From a virus (taxonomy: Duplodnaviria; Caudoviricetes), in IMG/VR virus record IMGVR_UViG_3300023314_000003, positions 1 through 44,184 of that record: 44,184 nt of DNA, one strand, 5' to 3'. Each line of letters begins with the position of its first letter. The first letter of the stretch is position 1. Below are positions 34,637-43,058 of this stretch, piece by piece. Below the pieces are notes generated by a model that saw only the letters and a program-made list of their open reading frames with translations, was not told the DNA's origin and searched no databases. Position numbers and translations under genes: made by a program.

Positions 34637-35279
34637 TGGCATTAAAAACGATCAACAGCAAGTACCTGAATGGTACTTGCAAAAGTTAGGCCGTTTCGGT
34701 TGCAGCCAATTCTACAGGCTTATGACAGAGCCTAAATTAAAGGCCGACAAAGAAGCGGGTAACTTGTCTCAAGGTGCAATGACTTACGTTTTAGAATGTG
34801 TTGCAGAGCGATTGACAGGGCAAAAAGCTAAAGAAGATTTTACATCTAAGTTTACAGAGTGGGGTAACGACCATGAACCTATTGCTAAAGGTATTTACAA
34901 TTCAGTATTTGAGGTTGTTATTGCCGATACTGGTTATATCGAATGGCAGCACAACGCTGGCGGTTCACCTGACGGTTTAGTATGCGAAGATGGGTTAGTT
35001 GAAATTAAATGCCCTTACACTATTACAAGTCATTTAGAGCATAAGTTAAACGACCTTGCAGATAAGCCAGAGTACTACTGGCAATGTTTAGGCTATTTGC
35101 TTATTACAGGGCGTGAGTGGATAGATTTTATTTCTTATAGCCCTCACTACCCTGCAAAATTACAGTTGATTAAAAAGCGTTTAAATGCCTCGGAAGTGCA
35201 TGACGATTTAAAACGCCTCGAAACCAAAATAATTAAAGCTAACCAAGTATTCACTGAAATATTAAACAACTTAAAATAA
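34623..35279 (+). CDS. YqaJ/lambda-type exonuclease
   Basis: W...KLG..G.S, WG..HEP.A, GSPDG, EIKCP and YYWQC motifs. Confidence 0.92.
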   Translation: METINGIKNDQQQVPEWYLQKLGRFGCSQFYRLMTEPKLKADKEAGNLSQGAMTYVLECVAERLTGQKAKEDFTSKFTEWGNDHEPIAKGIYNSVFEVVIADTGYIEWQHNAGGSPDGLVCEDGLVEIKCPYTITSHLEHKLNDLADKPEYYWQCLGYLLITGREWIDFISYSPHYPAKLQLIKKRLNASEVHDDLKRLETKIIKANQVFTEILNNLK

Positions 35280-35554
35280 TGATAGTAGCATCAATCTGCG
35301 CAAGCGACATTCCAAAGGACGCAATAACTATAAGCGAAAAGAACGGTAAAAAGTATTTTTCAATTGTTATAGATGAGCGTAAGCAACCCGACAATTACGG
35401 AAATACGCATAGCGTAACACTTAACCAAACAAAAGAACAACGGGACGCTAAAACGCCAAAGGTTTATGTAGGAAATGGTAAAGAATACAATTTTAACAAG
35501 CCTGCTGCTAAACCCGACTATGAGCAATTGCCTGATGAAGATCCGTTCGCTTAA
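35279..35554 (+). CDS. Small SSB-like protein
   Basis: Beta-rich; acidic tail DEDPFA; coupled to the exonuclease. Confidence 0.55.
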   Translation: MIVASICASDIPKDAITISEKNGKKYFSIVIDERKQPDNYGNTHSVTLNQTKEQRDAKTPKVYVGNGKEYNFNKPAAKPDYEQLPDEDPFA

Positions 35555-35587
35555 CTCCCTACCAACAAATAAGATAAAAGAGAGATT

Positions 35588-35803
35588 ATGAAAAAGACCT
35601 TAGCAAACATACTCAACGAAAGGACACGTACTATCGAATACCGTGCTATACGTAAACAATGCATGAATGTTGCGCAAAATAGAGGCACGCAAATACTGCT
35701 TATGCACATCCAGCCCGAAACAATAACCATGCTGCAAAACGAAATGTTAACTGTTACTGAAATTCAAGATCATGGCTACAAAAAATACAAAATCAGTTGG
35801 TAG
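35588..35803 (+). CDS. Hypothetical protein
   Basis: 71 aa. Confidence 0.5.
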   Translation: MKKTLANILNERTRTIEYRAIRKQCMNVAQNRGTQILLMHIQPETITMLQNEMLTVTEIQDHGYKKYKISW

Positions 35804-36251
35804 TTTAATTAAAGGCCAATCCCGTGAGTATTGGGTAAATGCTGCCAAGCAATTTATTTGGCCTATAGATTTTACCGACTTTCAAATATTGGTGCCTGAA
35901 AAAGATTTGGAATTGGCGAATAATAACTTAATGGTTTCTCATTTTCGTGCGGCAGGCTGGCATATTCAATCTGCTATTAGTGTGGAATATACAAAACCAT
36001 ACGTTGCTCCTGAAAGTAACGGAAATCCAATATTTAAGCCGATTAAAAAAGAGGAGCCAGTCACCGAAACTGCCTTTAAATTAAATGATAAATTTCGTGT
36101 AGTTTCTACTGGGTGTGAATTGGCTATTTGTTTGTTTGATAAGCAAAAAATTCACCTTAAATACTTAAATAGGCCGAATAAACACAACATCATATCGAGT
36201 GAGGAAAATTTATCACGCACTTTAAAAATGGGGACATGGATAAAATTATGA
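35772..36251 (+). CDS. Hypothetical protein
   Basis: 159 aa. Confidence 0.55.
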   Translation: MATKNTKSVGSLIKGQSREYWVNAAKQFIWPIDFTDFQILVPEKDLELANNNLMVSHFRAAGWHIQSAISVEYTKPYVAPESNGNPIFKPIKKEEPVTETAFKLNDKFRVVSTGCELAICLFDKQKIHLKYLNRPNKHNIISSEENLSRTLKMGTWIKL

Positions 36252-36529
36252 AAAAACAGAAATATATCTGTATAGCTAAGGGCAAAGAGCAGTTTAATTA
36301 TAAAGGGGAAAGCATGGGTATGGGAAATGACAGGGCTTTATATTATTCTCGATCATTAGGGAGGGGTAGAGTTTACCGAAGCAGTTATCCTACTCCACCC
36401 GTAAATCCAAAAAATGACTTCAGGTTGTTGTCGTTTGTAAATCAGGAAAACGCACATGTGCTGTGCTCGCAAATTAATGCCGTTTATAATGATTGCTTTA
36501 TAGCCATCGAACAAACAAACCTTTTCTAA
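36236..36529 (+). CDS. Hypothetical protein
   Basis: 97 aa. Confidence 0.5.
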   Translation: MDKIMKKQKYICIAKGKEQFNYKGESMGMGNDRALYYSRSLGRGRVYRSSYPTPPVNPKNDFRLLSFVNQENAHVLCSQINAVYNDCFIAIEQTNLF

Positions 36530-36972
36530 TGAACCAACACGAATGGAGCGAAAGCGGCAGGGAGTTGCTGCGGAACTTTAATTTAGAAATACAGCGCAAC
36601 GGCGGTTTATATAAAACATACCTAAAGATTAAGCGAGAATCAAACAAAAGGATTTACAGATTTAAATCAGTAGAATCTAATCCATCTGAGGATAACATTA
36701 TATTCAGTAATTGGGGTAAGGTAACAGTTGAAAAAATATGTGAATTGACAGGAAAGCGTCCAACTTATGTAAGAAAAAGAGCAAGATGGTTGGGTTTGCC
36801 TGACAGTAGTTACAAAAGGGAATATATAGGAGTTATAGTGTTAAATATAGAAAATGGTATTTATTATGAAACAGCTTGTTCCGCTGCTAAATCTTTAAAT
36901 TTAAATAGACGCTATCTTAATTCACAGCTTTTAGGAAAAAGAAAAAACAAAACAAATTTTATTAAAGTATAA
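36529..36972 (+). CDS. DNA-binding protein with HTH and NUMOD1-like C-terminus
   Basis: Start re-assigned (TAATG); ICELTGKR..YVRKRA..LGL and GIYYETACSAAKSLNL motifs; no nuclease motif seen. Confidence 0.55.
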   Translation: MNQHEWSESGRELLRNFNLEIQRNGGLYKTYLKIKRESNKRIYRFKSVESNPSEDNIIFSNWGKVTVEKICELTGKRPTYVRKRARWLGLPDSSYKREYIGVIVLNIENGIYYETACSAAKSLNLNRRYLNSQLLGKRKNKTNFIKV

Positions 36973-36985
36973 ATTAAAATCAAAA

Positions 36986-37336
36986 ATGGAATTAACAGGT
37001 AAAGTACATGAAATCGGGCTTACAACAGCGGTAAGCGAAAAGTTAAACAAGCGTGAATTAATTGTCGAATACGCGGACAATCCTCAATATCCAGAATACA
37101 TCAAGATGGAGTGCATTAATGATAAATGCGCCTTATTGGATAGCTTAAAGGTTGGGCAAGATGTGGATGTTCACTTTAATTTAAAGGGTAGGCCGTGGAC
37201 GGATAAGACTGGTAAAAAAAGTTATTTTAATTCGCTTCAGTTGTGGCGGGTTAATGTGGTTGGTGGATCAGCACAGGAGGAATATAAAGCACCTGCAAAT
37301 ATTACACCTGCGGACGACGATGATCTGCCGTTTTAG
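36986..37336 (+). CDS. DUF3127-family SSB-like protein
   Basis: MELTGKV...KRE...QYP...L.VGQ.V.V.F.L.GR.W...YFNSL..W; tail DDDLPF. Confidence 0.85.
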   Translation: MELTGKVHEIGLTTAVSEKLNKRELIVEYADNPQYPEYIKMECINDKCALLDSLKVGQDVDVHFNLKGRPWTDKTGKKSYFNSLQLWRVNVVGGSAQEEYKAPANITPADDDDLPF

Positions 37337-37345
37337 AAAGGTAAA

Positions 37346-37383
37346 TAAAAGGGTAATTAATTTTACCCTTTTAACTTTTTTTT
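37346..37383 (+). terminator. Terminator-like hairpin
   Basis: TAAAAGGGTAA...TTACCCTTTTA followed by a T run. Confidence 0.6.
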
Positions 37384-37419
37384 GTTTGTAAATATTAAGT
37401 TTTATTTATATATTGCGCT

Positions 37420-37587
37420 ATGAATTTAAAAGAACGAATTAAAAAATCGGGCATTAAGCAGGTAAAAATAGCAGAGGTTTTAGGGTTAACCCCTGAATAC
37501 CTTAATCTTATGATTAATGGTAAACAAATCATGTCAGAGGATATTAGGAACAAAATTAATGAGTTGCTTTCAAAAGTGACAATATGA
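37420..37587 (+). CDS. 55-aa Cro/XRE-like HTH protein (not in ORF track)
   Basis: MNLKERIKKSGIKQVKIAEVLGLTPEYLNLMINGK...; promoter-like TATATTGC just before the ATG. Confidence 0.75.
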   Translation: MNLKERIKKSGIKQVKIAEVLGLTPEYLNLMINGKQIMSEDIRNKINELLSKVTI

Positions 37588-37623
37588 TTTTTAGGCTATT
37601 GACTTTTTATTTTTCTTAATATT

Positions 37624-38931
37624 ATGCCCGATATAGAACATCCAATTAATGCATTTCCTGAACAATTACAGGAAATAATTTCACATTTTTCTGAAGCAAA
37701 GGGCTATCCGCACGAATATTATATAACTGCTGTTTTGGGTGCTTTTAGCACAGCTTTGGGCAGGTCGGTTACTTTAAATACTGGTAACTATGTAGCTATT
37801 GCAAGTATGTGGGCTGCAATTGTAGGGCGAAAGGGTTTTACTAAAAGTGAGCCACAATCAGATGCATTTAAACCGATTAAAGCCTTTCAATCAGCAATCA
37901 TAAAGGATTGGAAAAATCAACAATTAGAATTAGAACACTTTAAAGCCGAGCACCCGAAAGCAAAAGTAAATGAACTAGCTGCGCATCCTATGCACATATT
38001 AAACGATATTACTCCTGAAAGTTTGGTTATGAAGCTAGCTGAAAATCCTAAAGGTTGCGGTATTGTTTATGATGAACTTGCAGGCTTTATAGGGCGTTTT
38101 GATAGATACAAAGCAGGGGCAGATGAAGAAATGTTTTTGAGTTTGTTTAATGGTGACAGTATAAGCCGCACAAGGGTTAACGCTTCGTCGAATGCTTACG
38201 CTGATCACTCATACCTAACTATAATAGGAACTATTCAACCTGCCGTTTTAAAGAATGTGTTTTTCAATAAATCTGAAAGCGGTTTTTTTGATAGGTGGTT
38301 AATTTGTTGCCCTGAAAAGGTGCAAAAGCAATACCCAAACGCTTACGGTATTAATCCTATTATGCAAATAAAGTATTCCGATATGGTTAAAAAACTTTTG
38401 CTTTTAGAGTTTGAGGAACGTGATGAATGCTTAATGAGTTACACTCCTGAAAGCTACGCAATAGTAAACACATACCAGCGAAGTATAATTGATGAAGAAA
38501 ACACTACGGATAACGATGATTACAGGGGAGTTTTAGCAAAAATTGAAATTTACCTACATCGTTTTGCCTTATTGCTTCAGTGTATTGAATACGCTTGCGA
38601 ATTGAAATTTAACAAATTTGATTTGCTTTATAAAGTATCTGAAAATTCAGCTAAAGGTGCTGTAATATTATGCAAGTACTTTGTTAGCGAGGCAATGAAA
38701 GCAAGAATATTAAGCCCTGTTGAATGCCTAAAGGATCAGTGGGTTGATATTTATAATGCTTTGCCAAATCATGGTAAATCATTTGACCGTCTGCACTTTA
38801 TTAAGATTTGCGATAAGTTTGGTATAGGCCAGCGCAGGGCAGATACATTTTTAAAGGATAACGCAGACCGTTCGGAAAGCAAGCTATTTTTTAAGGTTAA
38901 ACATGGTGAGTACAATAAAAATTTATTTTAG
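37624..38931 (+). CDS. DUF3987/YfjI-like P-loop protein (putative replicative helicase)
   Basis: Walker A-like GRKGFTKS, DITPESL, Walker B VYDELAG, IIGTIQP and GFFDRW motifs. Confidence 0.8.
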   Translation: MPDIEHPINAFPEQLQEIISHFSEAKGYPHEYYITAVLGAFSTALGRSVTLNTGNYVAIASMWAAIVGRKGFTKSEPQSDAFKPIKAFQSAIIKDWKNQQLELEHFKAEHPKAKVNELAAHPMHILNDITPESLVMKLAENPKGCGIVYDELAGFIGRFDRYKAGADEEMFLSLFNGDSISRTRVNASSNAYADHSYLTIIGTIQPAVLKNVFFNKSESGFFDRWLICCPEKVQKQYPNAYGINPIMQIKYSDMVKKLLLLEFEERDECLMSYTPESYAIVNTYQRSIIDEENTTDNDDYRGVLAKIEIYLHRFALLLQCIEYACELKFNKFDLLYKVSENSAKGAVILCKYFVSEAMKARILSPVECLKDQWVDIYNALPNHGKSFDRLHFIKICDKFGIGQRRADTFLKDNADRSESKLFFKVKHGEYNKNLF

Positions 38932-38933
38932 AT

Positions 38934-39116
38934 ATGAAAAAGATTATAATACACAATAAAACCAATTTAGACATTTCATCGGTTTTAAAAGCCGTAGAAA
39001 TACACCACTTAACATCTACTGGGATGTTCTGCGATATAAAAGTGGGGGTGGTGCACTTTTTAAGTGTTAGGCATGAAAATAAGGACAGCGTAAGATACAC
39101 AATTCAAAATAGCTGA
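38934..39116 (+). CDS. Hypothetical protein
   Basis: 60 aa. Confidence 0.45.
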   Translation: MKKIIIHNKTNLDISSVLKAVEIHHLTSTGMFCDIKVGVVHFLSVRHENKDSVRYTIQNS

Positions 39117-39120
39117 AATC

Positions 39121-39282
39121 ATGAAGTATTTAATATTAAATCACGGAAAACCATTTTTTACTACATATTATGATAAGCAAAATCATTTTGTAGAAGGTAT
39201 GATAATTATTGACCCTTATACTGATAGGTATAGTATAGATGGTGGCGATACGTGGATGCCAATTGAAGACGATGAATTATGA
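39121..39282 (+). CDS. Hypothetical 53-aa protein (not in ORF track)
   Basis: MKYLILNHGKPFFTTYY...; ATGA-coupled to the primase-like gene. Confidence 0.5.
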   Translation: MKYLILNHGKPFFTTYYDKQNHFVEGMIIIDPYTDRYSIDGGDTWMPIEDDEL

Positions 39283-40139
39283 GCAGCCTAAACAACAAAT
39301 GCACATTCTATAAATGCGTTATGCATCCTAACTCTAAAAACTTAGTTGCGCCGGGAAAGTTAGTATCAATTATAGATTTGCTTACTGAAGAACGGTACAC
39401 TAACTGGAAGTTACTTAACGATGTGCGTAACAGTGGTTATAAAAGTCCTTTTTACGAGGAAAATAAAAGGTTTCTATCTGCTGCCTGTTTTAGTAGCGCA
39501 CAAGACGACTTAACAATTGACAGGAGTGATAAAAATCATTTATTCCATACCGAATACATATCGTTTGATATTGATATTGGCGCAAATCCCTACCTATTAA
39601 CGGATTCTGAAGGTATCAAGGAACATCTAATTGATAGAATACCGCATATAGCATACATAGGTAAATCAATATCAAATATTGGTTTATGGGGGCTGATACC
39701 GATACTGGATAAAAATGCGCACTACGACCATTACGAGGCTATGAAAATGCTTTTTAAAGCGCACGATGTTGAGATTGATAAAACAAGCGATATTAGCCGA
39801 CTAAGATTTTTGGCTTATGATCCTGATGGGTATATAAACCACGATGCAAAAGTATTTACCGAAACAATACACTTAGAAAAAACGGTTAACAATACTATTG
39901 ATGAGTATGAGAGAACTGCAACGGATTCATTTTTTATCGCAGCTTGCAGATGGGTAGAGGCTAAATATGAAATTAAGTTTCAAAAAGGCTGTATACATAA
40001 TTACCTGCTTTACCTTTATAGCACTTTAAGGGGTTGCCATGTATCGAGAGATGCCGCATTAAACTGGATATACAACAACCTTATTGAAGAAAGCCAAGTT
40101 ACCACTAACTGTTTAGATGAGCCAAAATGGATAAAATAA
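39279..40139 (+). CDS. Primase-like protein (VirE N-terminal/BT4734-like domain)
   Basis: K..L...CFS, H..YISFDID, S.S..GL and D.....D.SRLRFL.YD motifs; helical C-terminal domain. Confidence 0.7.
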   Translation: MSSLNNKCTFYKCVMHPNSKNLVAPGKLVSIIDLLTEERYTNWKLLNDVRNSGYKSPFYEENKRFLSAACFSSAQDDLTIDRSDKNHLFHTEYISFDIDIGANPYLLTDSEGIKEHLIDRIPHIAYIGKSISNIGLWGLIPILDKNAHYDHYEAMKMLFKAHDVEIDKTSDISRLRFLAYDPDGYINHDAKVFTETIHLEKTVNNTIDEYERTATDSFFIAACRWVEAKYEIKFQKGCIHNYLLYLYSTLRGCHVSRDAALNWIYNNLIEESQVTTNCLDEPKWIK

Positions 40140-40145
40140 CTACGC

Positions 40146-40400
40146 TGTGCAATTTGTGCAATTTGAAAGGGTATAAAAACAGGGCAAAAAGTGCGTTTAA
40201 ACGCTTTAAATTGGGAAATTGCACAAATTGCACAAATTGCGCCATGCCTTTAAATAAGTGTACTCACATGTGTATCCTCATTTTGAATAATATTATTAAT
40301 ATTTATATATTACTGTGCAATATTGCAATTTGTGCAATTTGGCTGTTTTTGATACCATTAGGGCACTTTTTTACTGTTTTCATTTTGCACATTTTGCACG
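40146..40400. repeat. Iteron-like TGTGCAA(TTT) repeats, candidate replication origin
   Basis: Four clusters in alternating orientation (40146-40164, 40216-40240, 40314-40340, 40383-40400) around an AT-rich core, directly after the primase-like gene. Confidence 0.7.
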
Positions 40401-40414
40401 AAATTTTATAGAAT

Positions 40415-40564
40415 ATGAAAAAACTACTCTACTACATCGGACAATACCTATCAGTTAGGTATTGTCCTCACAAGAACAAAACACCACTATTTGAGGATTG
40501 GGCTGAAAGGTATGTATCTTACATTTGTAAGGATTGTAAAAAGCAAATTTATGAGGACTTGTAA
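40415..40564 (+). CDS. 49-aa zinc-finger-like protein (not in ORF track)
   Basis: CPH...CKDC; TAATG-coupled to the next gene. Confidence 0.5.
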   Translation: MKKLLYYIGQYLSVRYCPHKNKTPLFEDWAERYVSYICKDCKKQIYEDL

Positions 40565-40779
40565 TGCCACCTAAAAAATTCAAACTCGGTCAAGAACGCG
40601 GCTACATAGGTGAGAAAAAAAGCATCTACAAACCAAAACCATATAACGAGAGCGAGGTACTAACCGAATACCGTCTGCACCGCAACATCTGCTACTACAT
40701 CCAACACGGCGGAGAGTGTGAGTGGAGTGAGGAGGAGGTTGATATGGTTAGGGGGATTTATTTTAAAACTTTATTTTAA
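40564..40779 (+). CDS. Hypothetical protein
   Basis: 71 aa. Confidence 0.5.
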   Translation: MPPKKFKLGQERGYIGEKKSIYKPKPYNESEVLTEYRLHRNICYYIQHGGECEWSEEEVDMVRGIYFKTLF

Positions 40780-40864
40780 TTATTTATGAAAAAAGTTTGC
40801 AAGTATCAAAAAATATTCTTACAATTGTATTGTCAATACAGACAAACAAAAAACTTGCAAAAAA

Positions 40865-41149
40865 ATGAAAACTCAAAATCAATTAACATTCACAGGCGCA
40901 AATAATGCAATCGAAGCTAAAATTATAGTAGATGCTTATTTGGAAACTTTAACCGATGAAATGGCATTTAAATTACTTAAGGTATCTATGAAAGCTGACA
41001 CCTATTTTAAATTAGGTTTTGAAATATCTGCTGCTATAGGTTCAGGAAGCTATTATTATGGTGCTGAATGCAAAAGATTTCCTAATGAAGTTATCAAATA
41101 TGAAATAACAAATAGGGCATGCAATTATGCAGCCCTATTAAAAGCATAA
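40865..41149 (+). CDS. Hypothetical protein (moron)
   Basis: 94 aa; upstream TTTG (40796) and TACAATTG (40820) promoter-like boxes. Confidence 0.55.
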   Translation: MKTQNQLTFTGANNAIEAKIIVDAYLETLTDEMAFKLLKVSMKADTYFKLGFEISAAIGSGSYYYGAECKRFPNEVIKYEITNRACNYAALLKA

Positions 41150-41160
41150 ACCGACAGTTT

Positions 41161-41214
41161 ACCGCAAGTTTCTGCGGTTTAACTTTAGCCCATACCTTAA
41201 TCGGTTGGGCTTTT
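41161..41214 (+). terminator. Tandem hairpins / terminator
   Basis: ACCGCA-N6-TGCGGT, then AGCCCA...TGGGCT-TTT. Confidence 0.55.
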
Positions 41215-41222
41215 GGTGGTAT

Positions 41223-41468
41223 ATGGTAAGAACAAATCAGCGTGGCGGATCACGCAAAGGGTCAGGTCGTAAAAAAGGAGTCGAAACCAAAACAATAGCT
41301 TTCAGGGTGCCATTAAACTCACCTGCCGATTTATCAAAGGTTGGTAGGCTTTACGTTTTACATAGTAAGTGCACTGATGATAATTTGAGTGGGTTAACAA
41401 TTGATGAGGTTAATGAGTATAATGATATTAAAATGATGCTATCTGATATACTGCCTATTGATGTGTAA
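41223..41468 (+). CDS. Putative DNA-binding protein (GG.R.GSGRK motif plus RHH-like strand)
   Basis: Start re-assigned to MVRTNQRGGSRKGSGRKKGVETKTIAFRVP. Confidence 0.6.
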   Translation: MVRTNQRGGSRKGSGRKKGVETKTIAFRVPLNSPADLSKVGRLYVLHSKCTDDNLSGLTIDEVNEYNDIKMMLSDILPIDV

Positions 41469-41508
41469 TATTTTAAGGAAGAATTTAAATTAACTTTATT
41501 TTGAGATT

Positions 41509-42069
41509 ATGGATTATACGCCACCACACCTACGCAGCCAAGAGGAAAAAGACTTATTACTATTTGGTAAAAAAAACTTAAAGATAATGAACGGAACCGC
41601 AAAGCTACCGGCAAAACGAAAACATGAAGAAGCTGATTTGCATTTAGCATTCTGCAAATGGGTTAAGATAACTTATCCAAACGATCAGTTTATACGTCAC
41701 GAGCGAGAGGGGAAACGTTCGTGGTATATGCAGAACTTGTTTAAGATGTATAATTCAGATTTGGATAAGATGCCAGACTTTGAGTTGTTAGAGCCTGTAT
41801 ACGAAATGATGCATATCGATGGGATTATGGTGGTTAAGTTATTATACTGCCGCCTCTACATCGAATTTAAGAAGCCACAAACGACTTTAACACTAAAGGA
41901 CGGTATAACCATCAAACCTGAATATTCAGAGCAATACAAGCGACATAAACGTTTTTGGGAACAGAATAGCCCTGCTTACTTTTGTAATAACATCGATGAT
42001 GCAATTGCTATATTTAACGCTTATAAGGTAGGCCGCCCTTTACCCCAACAACTTTTTGAGATAAGATGA
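41509..42069 (+). CDS. VRR-NUC-like PD-(D/E)xK nuclease
   Basis: E..LH, MPDF, LYIEFK and EQ motifs. Confidence 0.7.
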   Translation: MDYTPPHLRSQEEKDLLLFGKKNLKIMNGTAKLPAKRKHEEADLHLAFCKWVKITYPNDQFIRHEREGKRSWYMQNLFKMYNSDLDKMPDFELLEPVYEMMHIDGIMVVKLLYCRLYIEFKKPQTTLTLKDGITIKPEYSEQYKRHKRFWEQNSPAYFCNNIDDAIAIFNAYKVGRPLPQQLFEIR

Positions 42070-42506
42070 GGAAAGAAAATATGAAAAAGATAGATTTAAA
42101 CGATTTGATGATTGGTAACTATGTTACTGATGATGAAAACCAACTATGCAGAATTGAAAGCATAGGCAGTAAAGCATTTACCGATTGGAATAGCGGGGAT
42201 GATTACCAACTTAAATTTGCTACACCAAGAGGTGTATGCGAGGGAGATGTTTTTGGTATACCTTTATCACCGGATGTTCTTAAAATATTAGGTGCTTACG
42301 AATTGCCTTATGGTAATGACTATACATATAAGCTGCCAATAAGCGCAATATCAATCTTATTTAGGTTTAACGGTATTGATTGCTATTCTGAAATAGGAGG
42401 TATTTATATGGGTAGTCAAATTGAATATGTTCATCAGGTGCAAAATGTATTCCGTATTTTAAGTGGCAGGGAGTTAGTAACTGATTATGTAGATATGCCT
42501 TTATAA
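42066..42506 (+). CDS. Hypothetical phage protein
   Basis: LMIGNYV, IPLS..VL and YVHQVQN motifs. Confidence 0.65.
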   Translation: MRKENMKKIDLNDLMIGNYVTDDENQLCRIESIGSKAFTDWNSGDDYQLKFATPRGVCEGDVFGIPLSPDVLKILGAYELPYGNDYTYKLPISAISILFRFNGIDCYSEIGGIYMGSQIEYVHQVQNVFRILSGRELVTDYVDMPL

Positions 42507-42581
42507 ACAATATTAAAGTTTCCCCCTTGACTTTATAAAATTTTGTGTAATTTTGGGGTAAAAAGTTTACTATAGTTTACC

Positions 42582-43058
42582 ATGTTAGAAAGTCATAAAA
42601 GGTTTGCGGATAGGTACTTTGAAACGCTAAACGGCAAAGAATCAGCCATTTACGCGGGATTTAGCGAAGATACAGCTAAACAAAAAGCATGGACTTTATT
42701 ACAGCAAGAAGATATACAAGAATACCTACAATCATTAAGGGCCGAATACGCTGAAAAATCTGGAATAACTAAAGAGTGGGTCATTAAAAGATTTGAACAT
42801 ATTTCCGATGCTTGCGTAAAGGCTAAGCCTGTTATGAAGTGGGATGCTGGACTAAAAGAGTTTATCCCAGTTGAAGATGAGTGGGGTAACACTGTATATG
42901 AATTTGATAGTGGAGGCGCTAATAAAGCTACTGAAATGTTGGGCAGAATAATTGGAGTATTTGAAAAGGATAACAGCCAATTAAAACCAGTAAACAATAT
43001 CAATCTTACTAAAGAAGCTGTTAAAAAGTTATCAGATGATTTAGATGGAAGTTATTGA
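42582..43058 (+). CDS. terS: Terminase small subunit
   Basis: F...Y....NG..SAI.AGFS..TA...A..LL....I motif; directly upstream of TerL. Confidence 0.88.
   Translation: MLESHKRFADRYFETLNGKESAIYAGFSEDTAKQKAWTLLQQEDIQEYLQSLRAEYAEKSGITKEWVIKRFEHISDACVKAKPVMKWDAGLKEFIPVEDEWGNTVYEFDSGGANKATEMLGRIIGVFEKDNSQLKPVNNINLTKEAVKKLSDDLDGSY

Noticed and set aside
36529-36972. Homing endonuclease
   Set aside because: Only HTH/NUMOD1-like DNA-binding segments; no HNH or GIY-YIG catalytic motif recognised.
40146-40400. CRISPR array
   Set aside because: The repeats are about 9-10 nt, tandem and inverted, with no regular unique spacers.
40127-40411. 94-aa Cys-rich ORF (LCNLCNL, NCTNCTNC)
   Set aside because: The Cys periodicity is just the translation of the TGTGCAA DNA repeats; more likely a non-coding origin.
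491-43058. Stop-codon reassignment
   Set aside because: Core genes are full length under the standard code and all three stop codons are used as terminators.
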